Source of the DNA: Podarcis pityusensis
Taxonomy: Eukaryota
DNA length: 64,000 nt
Reading direction: 5' to 3' (one strand)
NCBI GenBank assembly: GCA_964106645.2
Contig: OZ067043.1
The notes under the pieces are model-generated. The model saw nothing but the letters and a program-made list of their open reading frames with translations, ran no database searches and was not told where the DNA came from. Below, piece after piece: positions 26,711 through 38,240 of the stretch; positions within the stretch are counted from its first letter, which is position 1; every line of letters begins with the position of its first letter. Made by a program: the position numbers and the translations under genes.

Positions 26711-27049
26711 GATTGCACTGCCAGTTTCCACTGGGGACATCAGACGTCTGTTCCACTGCTCTTCACAAGCACATCACCCCAAGAAGTTTACAAGGTTTGT
26801 GGTACAGTGGAGCTACATTCAAATTGCAATTCACTGTTATATATATTTAAAGGCCAAAAAACGAAAACAAAAAAAGGTGGGCCATAGTGCAACAGAGTTG
26901 CTGAGACTGACAGTGCCATCTGATATATGTCTACTGAGCTGTCCCACTGAATTCAATGAGGCTTAATCCCAGGTAAGTGGGTATAGTATTGCACTTTTAG
27001 GATGTGAGAAATGGGGCGCGTGGAGACATTTGAGTAAACGGAACTTAGT

Positions 27050-27720
27050 TACTGTATTTCTCCTTGCCTTAGTAAAGGAGATTTGAATCATTCCCCACCC
27101 CCACAGGAGGGGATGGCGATGAATTTAAAGCCCTGTGAGAGCCTGAGATAGTATTAGGGGTATTTGCATTGAGTTTCTCCCCATCTCCAAATTGACTATA
27201 ATAATGGCGAGTTTATGAAAGGGAGAGACATATTTAAATGAATGAGACAAGAAAAGAAAGGGCGGGGGGAGAGAAGAAAAACCATCTGGATCTCAGTCAC
27301 CTTCCAGCTCTGAACACATTTGTGCCACCAGTTCCTAAATGCACAAATTATGCAGCCATTTCACGGGACACTTAGGACTCAATTTGCAACGCGGCAGTGG
27401 GGGGAAATTGGGCACATAATTCCCCCTGAACAATAACAGGGAGTCGCGTGGTTAATTTAACTCAAAGCCTGTAGCCAGTTTGCACTCCATCAGAGAACAC
27501 CGCGGCAGGCGCATTCCAGTGCACGACCATGAAGCAGGCATCCGGATTGACATGCACCCGTCTCCATGTCCAGATTGGAACCAGAAGAAAGTCAGCGTAA
27601 GATTGTGTGTCTGCACGGGAAAGCATAGACCACTGCTTAAGAGAGACATTGCCCGGGATTTAAGAACAGCATAAGATGTTCCTGATGGGCTGCAGGCTTC
27701 CTGTAGGCCCACATGATACA
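27050..27720. promoter_or_regulatory. Candidate conserved non-coding element/enhancer
   Basis: Unique, repeat-free, CpG-retaining block with ATTTGCAT octamer and TAAT/TTTATG homeobox-type motifs; conservation untested. Confidence 0.35.
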
Positions 27721-27741
27721 TCCATCAAGGGGGGGGGGGGC

Positions 27742-27772
<31 letters not shown>

Positions 27773-30209
27773 CCAGCCTCTCCTTATGTGTCATGGAAGG
27801 ATTGTGAAATAAATACATACATATTTCAGCGAGTTTTTATACCGTGAGGGTGGGCCTCTTGGATATATAATCTTGACCAAACCCAAAATGCACCAGGACA
27901 ACAGGATAAACAAGGAAGGGAAGCAACAGGCCTTGACAGCCATGTTCTGGAGTAAAAATTGGATGGAAATTTGCCCATGTGGTCCCCTGTTTTCCTTTCC
28001 AAGACAGTGGCTAGGCAAGGTCAGTTGCACGTATGCACACACACTCATACAAAACTCCTCCTCACACCATAGGAATCCAGCAGCTGGGAGCACAGTGGCA
28101 GCAGGCTGTTCTCATTACAGACCAATGAGGCTGTTTACTCACCCAGCTGGAGATGGTTAGAGAGTGATAAATAATGAAAGAGAAAACATGATTTTCCCCT
28201 CTGTGGTTTCTACTTGTGTAACCATATGTCACAGCTCAATACGTCGGCATTTTTTTAAATTCTTTTTTTCAGGAAACAGTTGGTTTTTTCCCATTCTGTG
28301 GCTACTTTTTCTCTCTCCCCCCTTTTCATTTTTTGGTTCAGTGGCAAACGTTTTCTAGGTTTGGATTTCCTTAAGCTCAGGCTTCTGTCTGCTTCAGGAG
28401 TTTACTTGTCCCCGTGACAACAATCTTTCAGTAAACATCTTTTTAAAAAATTATTCTGAGAGTTCTCTCTAGTGATGTGGCTGAAAAACAAAGTACCCCA
28501 AGCCCATATGTGACGGGCATATTATACAGATAGAATTGCTTACTCCCCCTGCCCCTGACGGTGCTCGGTGTTTCTAACAGCTGCGTTACAGGAAGAAATT
28601 CAACAGATGTTGCTTTCCCAAGTATAAGAGAAGTAGTGAGGATGGAAGGCTGTACCTGTTGAATTTCTTCCTGTAGCACATGTTTTAGAAGCATAGGCTC
28701 CCTGTCAATAAAACTGCTGACAATCCTAACGGCAAATAGCAGGGTTCCTCTGCCAGCAACAGATACCTGTTTTTAAGCAGTACAGCTCCATTGAGCTATT
28801 TCAAATTAATACCAGTTGGGAAACTGCTTTGCTCCTATGCTTTGAACAGCTAGCTGTCAGGGGTGCAACATCCATTGGGGCTTTTGCACTAAACCACAAA
28901 TAATCTGCCCTTCCTTAAAAAAACAAAAACTTTAAAAAATACTTTGCCCATGGGATGGTCGGATGACCTTCAAAGCACAGGTCACATCCATACCACACAT
29001 TTAAAGCACTATTATACCACCTAACAGTCATCATGGAGAGTCCAGGGAACTGAAGTTTGCCAAGGGCACTGACTTCACAGAACTACAGTTCTCAGCACCC
29101 TTAAAAGCTACAGTCTCCATGTTTCTCATTGACTGTTAAAGGTCTATGGTGACGGTGTGGCCACAGTGTTTGTGAGAGCCCAGCCACACACTGTCTTACT
29201 ATGTCTGGAGACAAGTTTGTGTCACGGGCCTGTGCCCCAATTCTAGCCCCACCCCTACTGAAGTTCAGCAGATTCCGTATATGTTTCCTGTTAATCAAGC
29301 AGCTGTAAAAAGCAACTGAACCATACCAGAAACAAAAGTTGGCAATCCTGATCTCACAGCAGTGGAGATGGGGAAATGATGTCCCCTCAGAATATCTGCT
29401 TCCCATAACAGCCTGTTTTCACATTGTTTCATGATAAAATTGTCCTGAAACAGCTTTCTGTATCTCTGTGTCCAGGAATCCTTTCATCAGATCTGCTGAC
29501 CTATACGCAGTTCACCTCAGGCAAGGGTCCAGTTTCAGTTGCTTAATATATAATCACGTCTTGCAGTTGGTGTTGGATATGACACCTAATCTGTGTAACT
29601 ACAATTCAGGAGCCTGTGTTGTGTTTGAATTACATCCATTAACTTTAGCAAACACACCCCCTCACAGAGTTGATCGAATTTTAAAATTTATGAAAAAAAA
29701 CACCTCTCTGGAGACTTCGTGAACGTTATTGCAGGAGTGTCTGAACAGCACGTAACCCACACACCCCTCACTCACTCGGCTCATACAAACACATGCATGC
29801 ACAGCTAGCATTTCAATTACATTGTTTCCCCATCTACTAAGTTCTCTTCTGTTATAAATCTCCCACTATTTCAAGATATATATCGCCTTTATTTTAAAGC
29901 CACAATATATCAGTACCATATGAAACCAGAGGCAGATCAAGTGTTTGATCAGTCCAGAAGATATTCAACATGGAAGTCAAACAGGGTCAAAATGGTGTTA
30001 GGCTATATACGATTGTGTTGATAAGTCTTTCTTATTCCCCATCACTCATTTCTGGTCAATTAAAGCAGGGGATAATAAATCCACTCCAATTAAGATAACG
30101 TCTGGTATGTGCAACTCCGTGAGAATCAGTTTGTTCAACCCAGAATGAAGTTTCACAGTACAGCAGACGAAAAATCCTGCCTGTATCATCATACAGTCCA
30201 AAGAGTAAA

Positions 30210-30575
30210 TGAAATATACTCAGAGTCGCAAAGTGATTTCATGCTCTTTATTCAGCTCATAGTGGTGAGGAGGAATGAATGTCCCCTCACAGTATCTGCT
30301 TTATATACATTATTTACACAATGGGCTGCACATGATTGGCTAATTCTGGAATTCTACTGTAAGCCAATCAGGTTGTGGATTCACTTCTATCTGGAGCAGG
30401 ATTGGGTGGTTCCTGCCAACCAATCATACTGCTGCATTGTTCTAGGACCAATCAGACTGCTGCATTCTGAATCCTATTGTTCTAGGACCAATCAGACTGC
30501 TGCCTTTTGGATCCTATTGTTCTAGGACCAATCAGACTGCTACAGTTTGGATCCTATTCAACTCAGTACATAACA
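30210..30575 (-). repeat. 3' LTR
   Basis: Matches 34788-35153 with no difference seen; minus-strand TATATAAA and AATAAA; 3 x 40-bp CCAAT repeats. Confidence 0.97.
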
Positions 30576-30587
30576 CCCCTCCCCTCT
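30576..30587 (-). other. Polypurine tract (AGAGGGGAGGGG)
   Basis: Purine run abutting the 3' LTR; overlaps the ORF stop codon. Confidence 0.9.
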
Positions 30588-33500
30588 AAGTTCCAGTCCT
30601 GCCCGGGAGGTCGCATTCATAGTCCTCAAGGTATGCCGGCGGCCTACGTGTGCGTTGTGGCCTGGGGTGTTCCCTGGTCCGGGCTCCGGGTTCTGGCTCG
30701 TGTTCCAAGGATGCTGGCTGTGATGCGGCTGTTTGGTCTGGTGCAACCGGCTCGCTCAGTCGTGGTTCTGGTTCCGGTGTCCTTTCGGCCTCACGGGTCC
30801 TCTCTGTATTTACTGATTCTGCCTCTCCTGCTGGCCCCTCCTGCTCTATGGGCCTCACTGCCCCGCTGTTCCCTTGGGACTCCTCTGACCTGTCCTCCTC
30901 CTGGTTTTCTCCCGGGAATCGTCGCCGTATCTGGTCGCAGTGGCGGCGCCAGCATTGCCCCCCATCCGTTAGCACCTCGTACGACACGGGGCCAGTGACC
31001 CTGGTGATTGTGGCGGGTACCCATGCTGGGCCTGCCCCAAAATTCTTTGCGTACACTGGGTCCTGGGCCTCGAAGGTCCGGGGGTTCCTGCCTTCCCCCA
31101 CCACTACCTCATCCTGAGCTCTATCGGGGTGAAGGCGGTCCAATCTGATTGCAAGGCGCCGACCCATTAGTAGTTCAGCGGGGCTCCGGCCAGTCGTTGA
31201 GCTGGGGGTGCTGTGCTGTGCTAGAAGGAATGTGGCAAGGCGGTACTCCCAGTCCCCTTGCGTCATGCGGCGAAGGGTGTCCTTGGTGGTCCGCACCATG
31301 CGTTCTGCTTGGCCATTGGTGGCAGGGTGGAACGGCGCCGAACGGATGTGGCGGATGGCGTTCTGCGCTGTGAAGGTTTGGAATTCTCCTGACGTAAATG
31401 CAGTCCCGTTGTCAGAGACGAGAGTGTCAGGGAGCCCGTGGGTTGCAAACAGCCTGCGTAGTACCCGGATGGCTGCGGACGTGGAAGTGGACGGTACCAG
31501 TGCGACTTCCAGCCATTTGGTGTAGGAGTCCACCACTATGAAGAATGTTTTCCCCTGAAAGGGGCCAGCGAAATCCACATGCAGGCGTGACCATGGTGCT
31601 CGGGCGGACTCCCAGGACTGGACTGGGGCCCTTGGGGGATCTGGGCGGGATTCTTGGCAGGCCTGGCAGTGTTTGACCCAGGCCTCTATCTCTCCATCGA
31701 TCCCCGGCCACCACACATAACTCCTGGCAAGGGCCTTCATTCTTACTACCCCTGGATGTGTCTCGTGTAGGGCTGTGAGGACCCTTTTGCAGAGGGGCTG
31801 GGGAACAACGACTCTGCTTCCCCATAACAGGCACCCCTTGTGGGCCGACAGTTCATGTTTGCGGGTTGTGTAGCCGGCGAATTCTGGCCCGGGGCTGCTG
31901 CTGGGCCATCCCCTCCACACCCAGTCCAGGACCCGGGAGATGACCCTATCTTTCTTGGAATGGTGTGCAACTTCTTGTGCCTGAATGGGGCGGTCGGGAA
32001 GCAGCTCCAGGCTCATAACCTCTTGTGCAGGTGCTGGGTCAGGGCCTGTTTCCGGTAGTGGTAGCCTGCTGAGGGCGTCCGCATGGCCCATCGCCTTCCC
32101 AGGTCGGTGAATCAGTGCATACTGGTAGCTGGCAAGGAAAATTGACCACCTGAGGACGCGAGGAGACAGCACTTGGGGGGTCTGCTTTTCGGGGGCAAAC
32201 AAGCCAAGCAACGGCTTGTGGTCAGTCACCACGGTGAAGGGCCGCCCGTACAAGAAATCATGGAATTTTTTTACTCCCTTTACGATTGCCAGACCCTCCT
32301 TGTCGATTTGCGAGTAGTTCCGCTCGGTTGTGTTGAGTGTCTGGGAAAAGTACGCCACCGGTACCTCTCTTCCATCCGGGAGTTGGTGCCCCAGGACAGC
32401 TCCAATGCCATAGGGTGAGGCGTCGCATGCTAGCACCACCGGCAGCCTCTCGTCGAAGTGTGCCAAGACCGAGTTTGAGACAAGCAAGTCCTTGACTGCC
32501 TGGAATGCGGCCTCCTGGCGCTGGCCCCACACCCAAGGGGCCCGCTTGTCCAGGAGTCTGTGTAGGGGCTCCGCTACCGCCGCCTTGTGGGGAAGGAAGG
32601 AATGGTAAAAGTTCAATAGTCCCAAGAAGGCCTGAAGTTCAGTCTTGCTCTTGGGCGCTGGGGCATCACAAATGGCCCGTACCTTGTCCCCAGTCGGGTG
32701 GACCCCTTCTGCGTCCACCATAAATCCCAGAAAGTCCACCTGAGGCACTCCTAGTAGACATTTTTCCCGCTTCACCTTGAGACCCGCCGTCTGGAAACGG
32801 TGCAGAACGGTGCGGAGGCGGTCCTCAAACTCCTCTGGTGTGGGGCCGGCAATCAACACATCATCGAAGAAGGGGGTGACGCCAGGAATCCCTTTAAGGA
32901 GAGAGTCCATTATATTCTGGAATATGCCTGGTGCCACGCTGACACCGAATTGCAGCCGCTTTACCCTGAACGCTCCTCTGTGCGTCACAATCGTCTGTGC
33001 CTCTGCTGTGGCCTCATCTACTGGCAGCTGTTGATATGCTTGGGCCAAGTCCAGCTTGCCAAAAATTTTCGACCCAGCCAGGGTGGCAAGGACATGGCTG
33101 ACCACTGGCACTGGGTATGCGTGGGCCGTGAGGGCCTTGTTTATGGTACATTTGTAGTCTGCGCAGATGCGGACCGAACCATTAGGCTTGACGGGTGTGA
33201 CGATTGGGGTTTCCCAGGGAGCATTAGGCACCGGCTCCAGCACTCCTTGCTCTACGAGTCGGTCCAATTCCTCGTCTATACGGGGTTTCAAGGCGAACGG
33301 GACCCGGCGGGCCTTGAGCCTGACCGGTCGTACTGCGGGGTCAAGCTGTAGCGCAATGGGGGGGCCCGTATACTGTCCCAATTTCCCATCGAAAACCCCT
33401 GGAAATTCCTTGCATATGGCGTCCACGTCCACTTGTAAGCTAGTGTGGTTCACCCCGGTGACAGCTAGCCCCAGTGGTCCAAACCATGCCAATCCCAGTA

Positions 33501-34662
33501 AGCTAATGTAGGGGCCCTTGACCACAAGCAAGTCCAGTTGCCGCGTCCGCCCTCGGTATTGCACCCTGAAGGTCCCCACCCCCATTGTGGGGACCTTACG
33601 TTTCTGGAAGTCCCGGAGGGTGAATGGGGCCGGCCTGAGTTTGGGACCCCCAGTGGGACACAGTTTCCTTAAGGTCCTTGCCGAGATTATGGATAGAGTT
33701 GAACCCGTGTCAAGCTCCATGCGGCATGGGGCCCCCTCTATCTGTACCTCTACATAAATTTTCTCTACGTTGGGGTGGGGCAACTGGTATACCTGGAAGT
33801 CCGTGAGCTCCGTCGAGTTGCCTTGGTGCGTTGGGCCCCGGGACCTGGGGCTCTTGGATTGGTCATCTGATGCCTGGTGTCGGGTGGGCCGAGCCCGACA
33901 CACCCGGGCGATGTGTCCCGATTTTCTGCACTGCCTGCACTCTGCGTTGCGGAAACGGCAGGTCCTCCTCTCGTGACTCTCCCCGCAGCTTGCGCAGTTC
34001 CCTCCTTCTCGTCGAGGCAGCTGTGGTCTGTGCGCTGCTTGAGTGCGCTGCTGTACTCGGTGCACCTCCTCCCTGTCGGATCCTGAGTCGTCGGTGAGGT
34101 CTTCATGGTGGACCCTCGGTTGGGATGGCAGGCTCGGCCGTGCCTCTTGGGTCGACCTCTCGGCAGCTTCTGTTGCCAGGGCCTCCTCCAGAGCGACCTG
34201 GAACGTTAGGTCCTTCTTAGCGTAGAGGCGTCGTTGCAGCTTCTCATCCTTCAGGCCACCGACGAGGCGGTCACGAAGCATGTTCTCCAGCTCTGAGAAG
34301 TTGCAGAACCGGGCGGCTTGGCGGAGAGAGGTCACAAACCCAGTTATGGTTTCCCCAGGGGCTTGCCGCTTTGCGTAGAAGGCATTTCGACGAGCCACCA
34401 CTGAGGGCTGCGGCGAAAAGTGCCCCTTCAGCTGTTCCATTATTGTTTTGTATGGAACAGTAGCGACGTCTTCAGGCGCAAGGAGAGCCCGGGCGATTTC
34501 AAACGTCTCCTCTCCGCAGACGCTGAAGAATATCGCCCTCTTCTTGGCGTCTTCTTCGTCGGTGACCCCTTTGGCTTCTAGGAGGAAGGTGAAACGGGAG
34601 GCGTACGCTTCCCAGTCTCCAGATGCTGGGTTGAATGGCGAGAAGCTGCTGTTGGCTGCCAT
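30586..34662 (-). CDS. Gag-Pol polyprotein, 1358 aa (Ty3/Gypsy, Mag/K02A2.6-like)
   Basis: Zinc knuckles CASCGESHERRTC and CRQCRKSGHIARVC; protease LDTGS; RT KLDLAQAY...LQFG...FFDD; RNase H CDAS...EGLA...TDH...ADALSR; integrase HHCC plus VDF/SDNG/AER (DDE) and GPVSY. Confidence 0.97.
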   Translation of the reverse strand: MAANSSFSPFNPASGDWEAYASRFTFLLEAKGVTDEEDAKKRAIFFSVCGEETFEIARALLAPEDVATVPYKTIMEQLKGHFSPQPSVVARRNAFYAKRQAPGETITGFVTSLRQAARFCNFSELENMLRDRLVGGLKDEKLQRRLYAKKDLTFQVALEEALATEAAERSTQEARPSLPSQPRVHHEDLTDDSGSDREEVHRVQQRTQAAHRPQLPRREGGNCASCGESHERRTCRFRNAECRQCRKSGHIARVCRARPTRHQASDDQSKSPRSRGPTHQGNSTELTDFQVYQLPHPNVEKIYVEVQIEGAPCRMELDTGSTLSIISARTLRKLCPTGGPKLRPAPFTLRDFQKRKVPTMGVGTFRVQYRGRTRQLDLLVVKGPYISLLGLAWFGPLGLAVTGVNHTSLQVDVDAICKEFPGVFDGKLGQYTGPPIALQLDPAVRPVRLKARRVPFALKPRIDEELDRLVEQGVLEPVPNAPWETPIVTPVKPNGSVRICADYKCTINKALTAHAYPVPVVSHVLATLAGSKIFGKLDLAQAYQQLPVDEATAEAQTIVTHRGAFRVKRLQFGVSVAPGIFQNIMDSLLKGIPGVTPFFDDVLIAGPTPEEFEDRLRTVLHRFQTAGLKVKREKCLLGVPQVDFLGFMVDAEGVHPTGDKVRAICDAPAPKSKTELQAFLGLLNFYHSFLPHKAAVAEPLHRLLDKRAPWVWGQRQEAAFQAVKDLLVSNSVLAHFDERLPVVLACDASPYGIGAVLGHQLPDGREVPVAYFSQTLNTTERNYSQIDKEGLAIVKGVKKFHDFLYGRPFTVVTDHKPLLGLFAPEKQTPQVLSPRVLRWSIFLASYQYALIHRPGKAMGHADALSRLPLPETGPDPAPAQEVMSLELLPDRPIQAQEVAHHSKKDRVISRVLDWVWRGWPSSSPGPEFAGYTTRKHELSAHKGCLLWGSRVVVPQPLCKRVLTALHETHPGVVRMKALARSYVWWPGIDGEIEAWVKHCQACQESRPDPPRAPVQSWESARAPWSRLHVDFAGPFQGKTFFIVVDSYTKWLEVALVPSTSTSAAIRVLRRLFATHGLPDTLVSDNGTAFTSGEFQTFTAQNAIRHIRSAPFHPATNGQAERMVRTTKDTLRRMTQGDWEYRLATFLLAQHSTPSSTTGRSPAELLMGRRLAIRLDRLHPDRAQDEVVVGEGRNPRTFEAQDPVYAKNFGAGPAWVPATITRVTGPVSYEVLTDGGQCWRRHCDQIRRRFPGENQEEDRSEESQGNSGAVRPIEQEGPAGEAESVNTERTREAERTPEPEPRLSEPVAPDQTAASQPASLEHEPEPGARTREHPRPQRTRRPPAYLEDYECDLPGRTGT

Positions 34663-34768
34663 TCTGAGTTCCTTGTGCCCCGGAGCTGAAGCCTGGATAC
34701 ACGGTGCGAGGCAGCGGTGCGGCAGTTGGCGGTGCTGCGGTGCTGTGTGTGGCAGTCAGCTCAGCGGG

Positions 34769-34786
34769 ATCCCACCTTCGTCGCCA
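34769..34786 (-). other. Primer-binding site, tRNA-Ser(GCU)-type
   Basis: TGGCGACGAAGGTGGGAT lies 1 nt inside the 5' LTR and is complementary to ...ATCCCACCTTCGTCGCCA, the vertebrate tRNA-Ser(GCU) 3' end as I recall it. Confidence 0.85.
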
Positions 34787-34787
34787 G

Positions 34788-35153
34788 TGAAATATACTCA
34801 GAGTCGCAAAGTGATTTCATGCTCTTTATTCAGCTCATAGTGGTGAGGAGGAATGAATGTCCCCTCACAGTATCTGCTTTATATACATTATTTACACAAT
34901 GGGCTGCACATGATTGGCTAATTCTGGAATTCTACTGTAAGCCAATCAGGTTGTGGATTCACTTCTATCTGGAGCAGGATTGGGTGGTTCCTGCCAACCA
35001 ATCATACTGCTGCATTGTTCTAGGACCAATCAGACTGCTGCATTCTGAATCCTATTGTTCTAGGACCAATCAGACTGCTGCCTTTTGGATCCTATTGTTC
35101 TAGGACCAATCAGACTGCTACAGTTTGGATCCTATTCAACTCAGTACATAACA
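34788..35153 (-). repeat. 5' LTR
   Basis: 366 bp, adjacent to the PBS, apparently identical to the 3' LTR. Confidence 0.97.
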
Positions 35154-36621
35154 GTAAAGGTCCTCCATTTGCATCCCCAGTTTTTGCAGCTCACCAGATA
35201 TGTGTGGGTCGGAGGACTAATATGTGTAATGCATAGAACTCAGGAGAGGGATGTAGCCAATCAGTTACCACTAACATTGTGTGTATCTCAGAATATTGTG
35301 CACATAAAATCTAGGGATTGTGGTGTTGGACCAAGAAATCACCTTCCTAAAGATCTCAATCTCTCCCTTCCTTCCCAAGTGTATAGCCCTTGTAGCTGCA
35401 AATATTTCTTGCCTCTCTCCATGATTCATTTATTTCATAAAATTTATACACCACTTGATTGTAAAAAAAACCCTCAAACACTCTCTGAAACACAGAATAA
35501 ACTGCAAAATTACAGTATGCTATTATTATCCACCACCTTTCCTCTCAGGATAGCCCAGGGTGACAAACATTACAAATATCATTAAAACAAATTAAACCCA
35601 CAATATATAATATCATATACAATACAACAGTCTGCATCATCTGTATGCCACTCCTTTTGCTGTTCAAAGATGCTGGAACAAAAGGTGTTAAGGTGCCACC
35701 TGAACTAAAATACAGTTGGGGTCAGCCGGATCTCAAGAGAGAGAGAGACTCGGTGCCACCACTGAGAAGACCCTGCCTTATGTAGTAGTCTCCCAGGCCA
35801 TATTTCCCAGGGATGTTACTATACTTCATCTGCATGATTTCTATGCACAGCTTTTATTGGCACAGACCTTGAGCTGTACATTGCGGCAGAAAAATGATAT
35901 GTGTTTCTTAAATACAGAATACTCAGTCCTGGCTATTACTTCCAATCACAGCCAATGTATTCCAAAGTGCAATCTGAGTAAAAATTCCTATCCAGTCAAA
36001 GAGTTATAGCTCTCATTAAATACGTTTGTATTAACGGGAAATAAATGAGCAAGCATTTGTATAGCACATTTGTGCCCACATGCATTGTCTTATTGTCCTT
36101 AAAACCTCCCTGTAAGGTGAGCAGTATGATACACATATTGGTGCAGGGTGAAGAGGATGAGGCCAGGAGGAAGCTTGGGCTGCCTAATAAATTCATGGCA
36201 GAGGTGAAACTCAAAACAAGGGACTCCTTAGCCTGCAACCTGAACTTCACTTACTTAGAACAGAGTAAGCCCCGCTGAATTCAATGTGACTTGTAGGCAT
36301 GGTTAGGACTGCAGCCTGAATCACTTAATCACTATGCTGCATTGCCTTGTCTACCCACTTCCACATCAAATAACAGCTATGGGCAGGATACATAGAAGAA
36401 ATACATACATGGCCTCATTTGATCTCCACTCACACAGCAACATGGCCCCTGCACTTTGCCAAGTTGCGCTCTTGATCCACCATTCTGAGAAGGGTGGTTT
36501 GAGAGCCCAACGTAGCAAAGCATGGGAAGCCATGTTGCATGAGTCACGGAGAAGCACCACCTTCCCATCCCTTAGTTCCGAGGCTCTAAAGCACCAGTAC
36601 ATGCTGCCTCCCACTACTTTG

Positions 36622-36861
36622 AGAGCCAGTGTGGCGTAGTGGTTAGAGCAGTAGACTCATAATCTGGTGAACCGGGTTCGCTTCCCTGCTCCTCCACATG
36701 CAGCTGCTGGGTGACCTTGGGCTAGTCACACTTTTCTGAAGTCTCCCAGCCTCACTCACCTCACAGAGTGTTTGTTGTGGGGAAGGAAGGGAAAGGAGAT
36801 TGTTAGCCGCTTTCAGACTCCTTCGGGTAGCAATAAAGCGGGATATCAAATCCAAACTCTT
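36622..36861 (+). mobile_element. tRNA-derived SINE (Squam3-like), full length
   Basis: A-box TGGCGTAGTGG, B-box GGTTCGCTTCC, core CTGGGTGACCTTGGGCTAGTCAC, 3' end AAAGCGGGATATCAAATCCAAACTCTT. Confidence 0.85.
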
Positions 36862-38240
36862 GGTGTTTGCCTGGAGAAGCAATACAACGCCACTGTGGCC
36901 AGAGAACTGGCTCTAGGAAGTAGTAAGGGGAAGATTAGGAGGGGAGGGGAAGAGCTTTCAGAGAGAGAAAGACCAAGGGAGGGAGGGAGGAGTTGGAGTT
37001 CTCTGGCCTTCTGCACTCCAACACCTTCAGCAGCCCAATTTTTCAAACATTTTGCTTTTTAATAACAAGAGATCCCTTTGGTTTTTACAGTCTTATGGGT
37101 CATATACCTACTTGTCACTCCAGAGAAGAACTGGAGCTATCTGCTGAGTTTTGTATTGTCCAACTTCTGCCTTCCCTACCTGGCCATCCTACTGTTACCC
37201 ATCCTACCGGCATGTAAAATAAGGCATTAAAACATGTATGCTAAACAAATAACCCTGTGCAAAGCAGCCCATATATTTCAAGATGTGGTCATTTCATTCT
37301 TCAGTGAAGCTCTATTTTAAGTACTTCCATTTGTGTACAAGATGATATGTTCATACTCCCATGATGATATATATAGTTCCCAATGAAGATGGATGTTTAA
37401 TTAGAGGATTGATTGATGCCAACTGCTATCTGGCTGGATCTGAACCAGTGATTTGGAAAACGAAAAGCTCCACTAGTCCATTGCCAAAGCACTGAACTAG
37501 CCGAGCCTTAATCACATGTGCCCAATAAACCCTTTTAAGGACCAACTTCTTGGACTTGAGAAGAATGACACCATCACTACATTACATTACATTAGGGCTA
37601 TGTTTGCCCTCTGAACAAAGTGTGTGAGTAGCACAGAAGCAAAGGGCGTTCTGGTGTGTCTGTTACCTTCAACAGGAGTTCTGCATATGTATTAAGAGGA
37701 TAATAAAAAGAAGCTTTGGTGGGCTGTGGTGTGGGGAGCACAGGGGACACTTGTCACTAGATCAAGACAAAACCATCACAATCAGAGCAAAGCAGGACAG
37801 ACAGTATGTCTGATAACAACTGTCAGTGAGGTTTTTTGATTGCATGTGTCACAAGTATTCTCTGCACGCTCATGCTTCACAGAAAACCTTTCAAGGTTCT
37901 ATATCTCAGGGAGCAAATCCTCACCGCATGCTGGGATCTATGAGTACCACTGTACTACTGAGCTGAACATCATAACAGCTAACTGCTTTGAGTTTTCCCA
38001 TACTTGCTTCTGTAATGGAGTTTGCAGATCCTACCAGAACTTGTCACACAGAGGAAGAAGAAGAAATAGGCCACTGAATCTGGGGGAAAGGATTAAGTGC
38101 CACAGGGCTTAGGTGTACCCAAAATGTTCCCAGTCACAGAGAACCAGTGATTAGTCTAGTTTAACCAAAATGCTATTCACATACAGACCCAGTTCTGAGA
38201 AGAGTTCTAACAGGAGGCCTTGCCAATGCAGTCCTACACA

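Larger units (their letters stand above)
30210..35153 (-). mobile_element. Full-length Ty3/Gypsy (Mag-like) LTR retrotransposon, 4944 bp
   Basis: Two 366-bp TG...CA LTRs, TSD GTAAA (30205-30209 / 35154-35158), PBS, PPT, single gag-pol ORF in PR-RT-RH-IN order. Confidence 0.98.

Noticed and set aside
30436-30558. Regular 40-bp repeats superficially like a CRISPR array
   Set aside because: Tandem units without unique spacers, inside an LTR of a vertebrate genome, no cas genes
30507-34840. Many antisense/overlapping ORFs within the Gypsy element
   Set aside because: Shadow ORFs of GC-rich coding sequence; no env-like or other recognisable motifs
36622-36700. tRNA-like sequence (also 18230-18304)
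   Set aside because: SINE heads with A/B boxes continuing into SINE bodies; not tRNA genes
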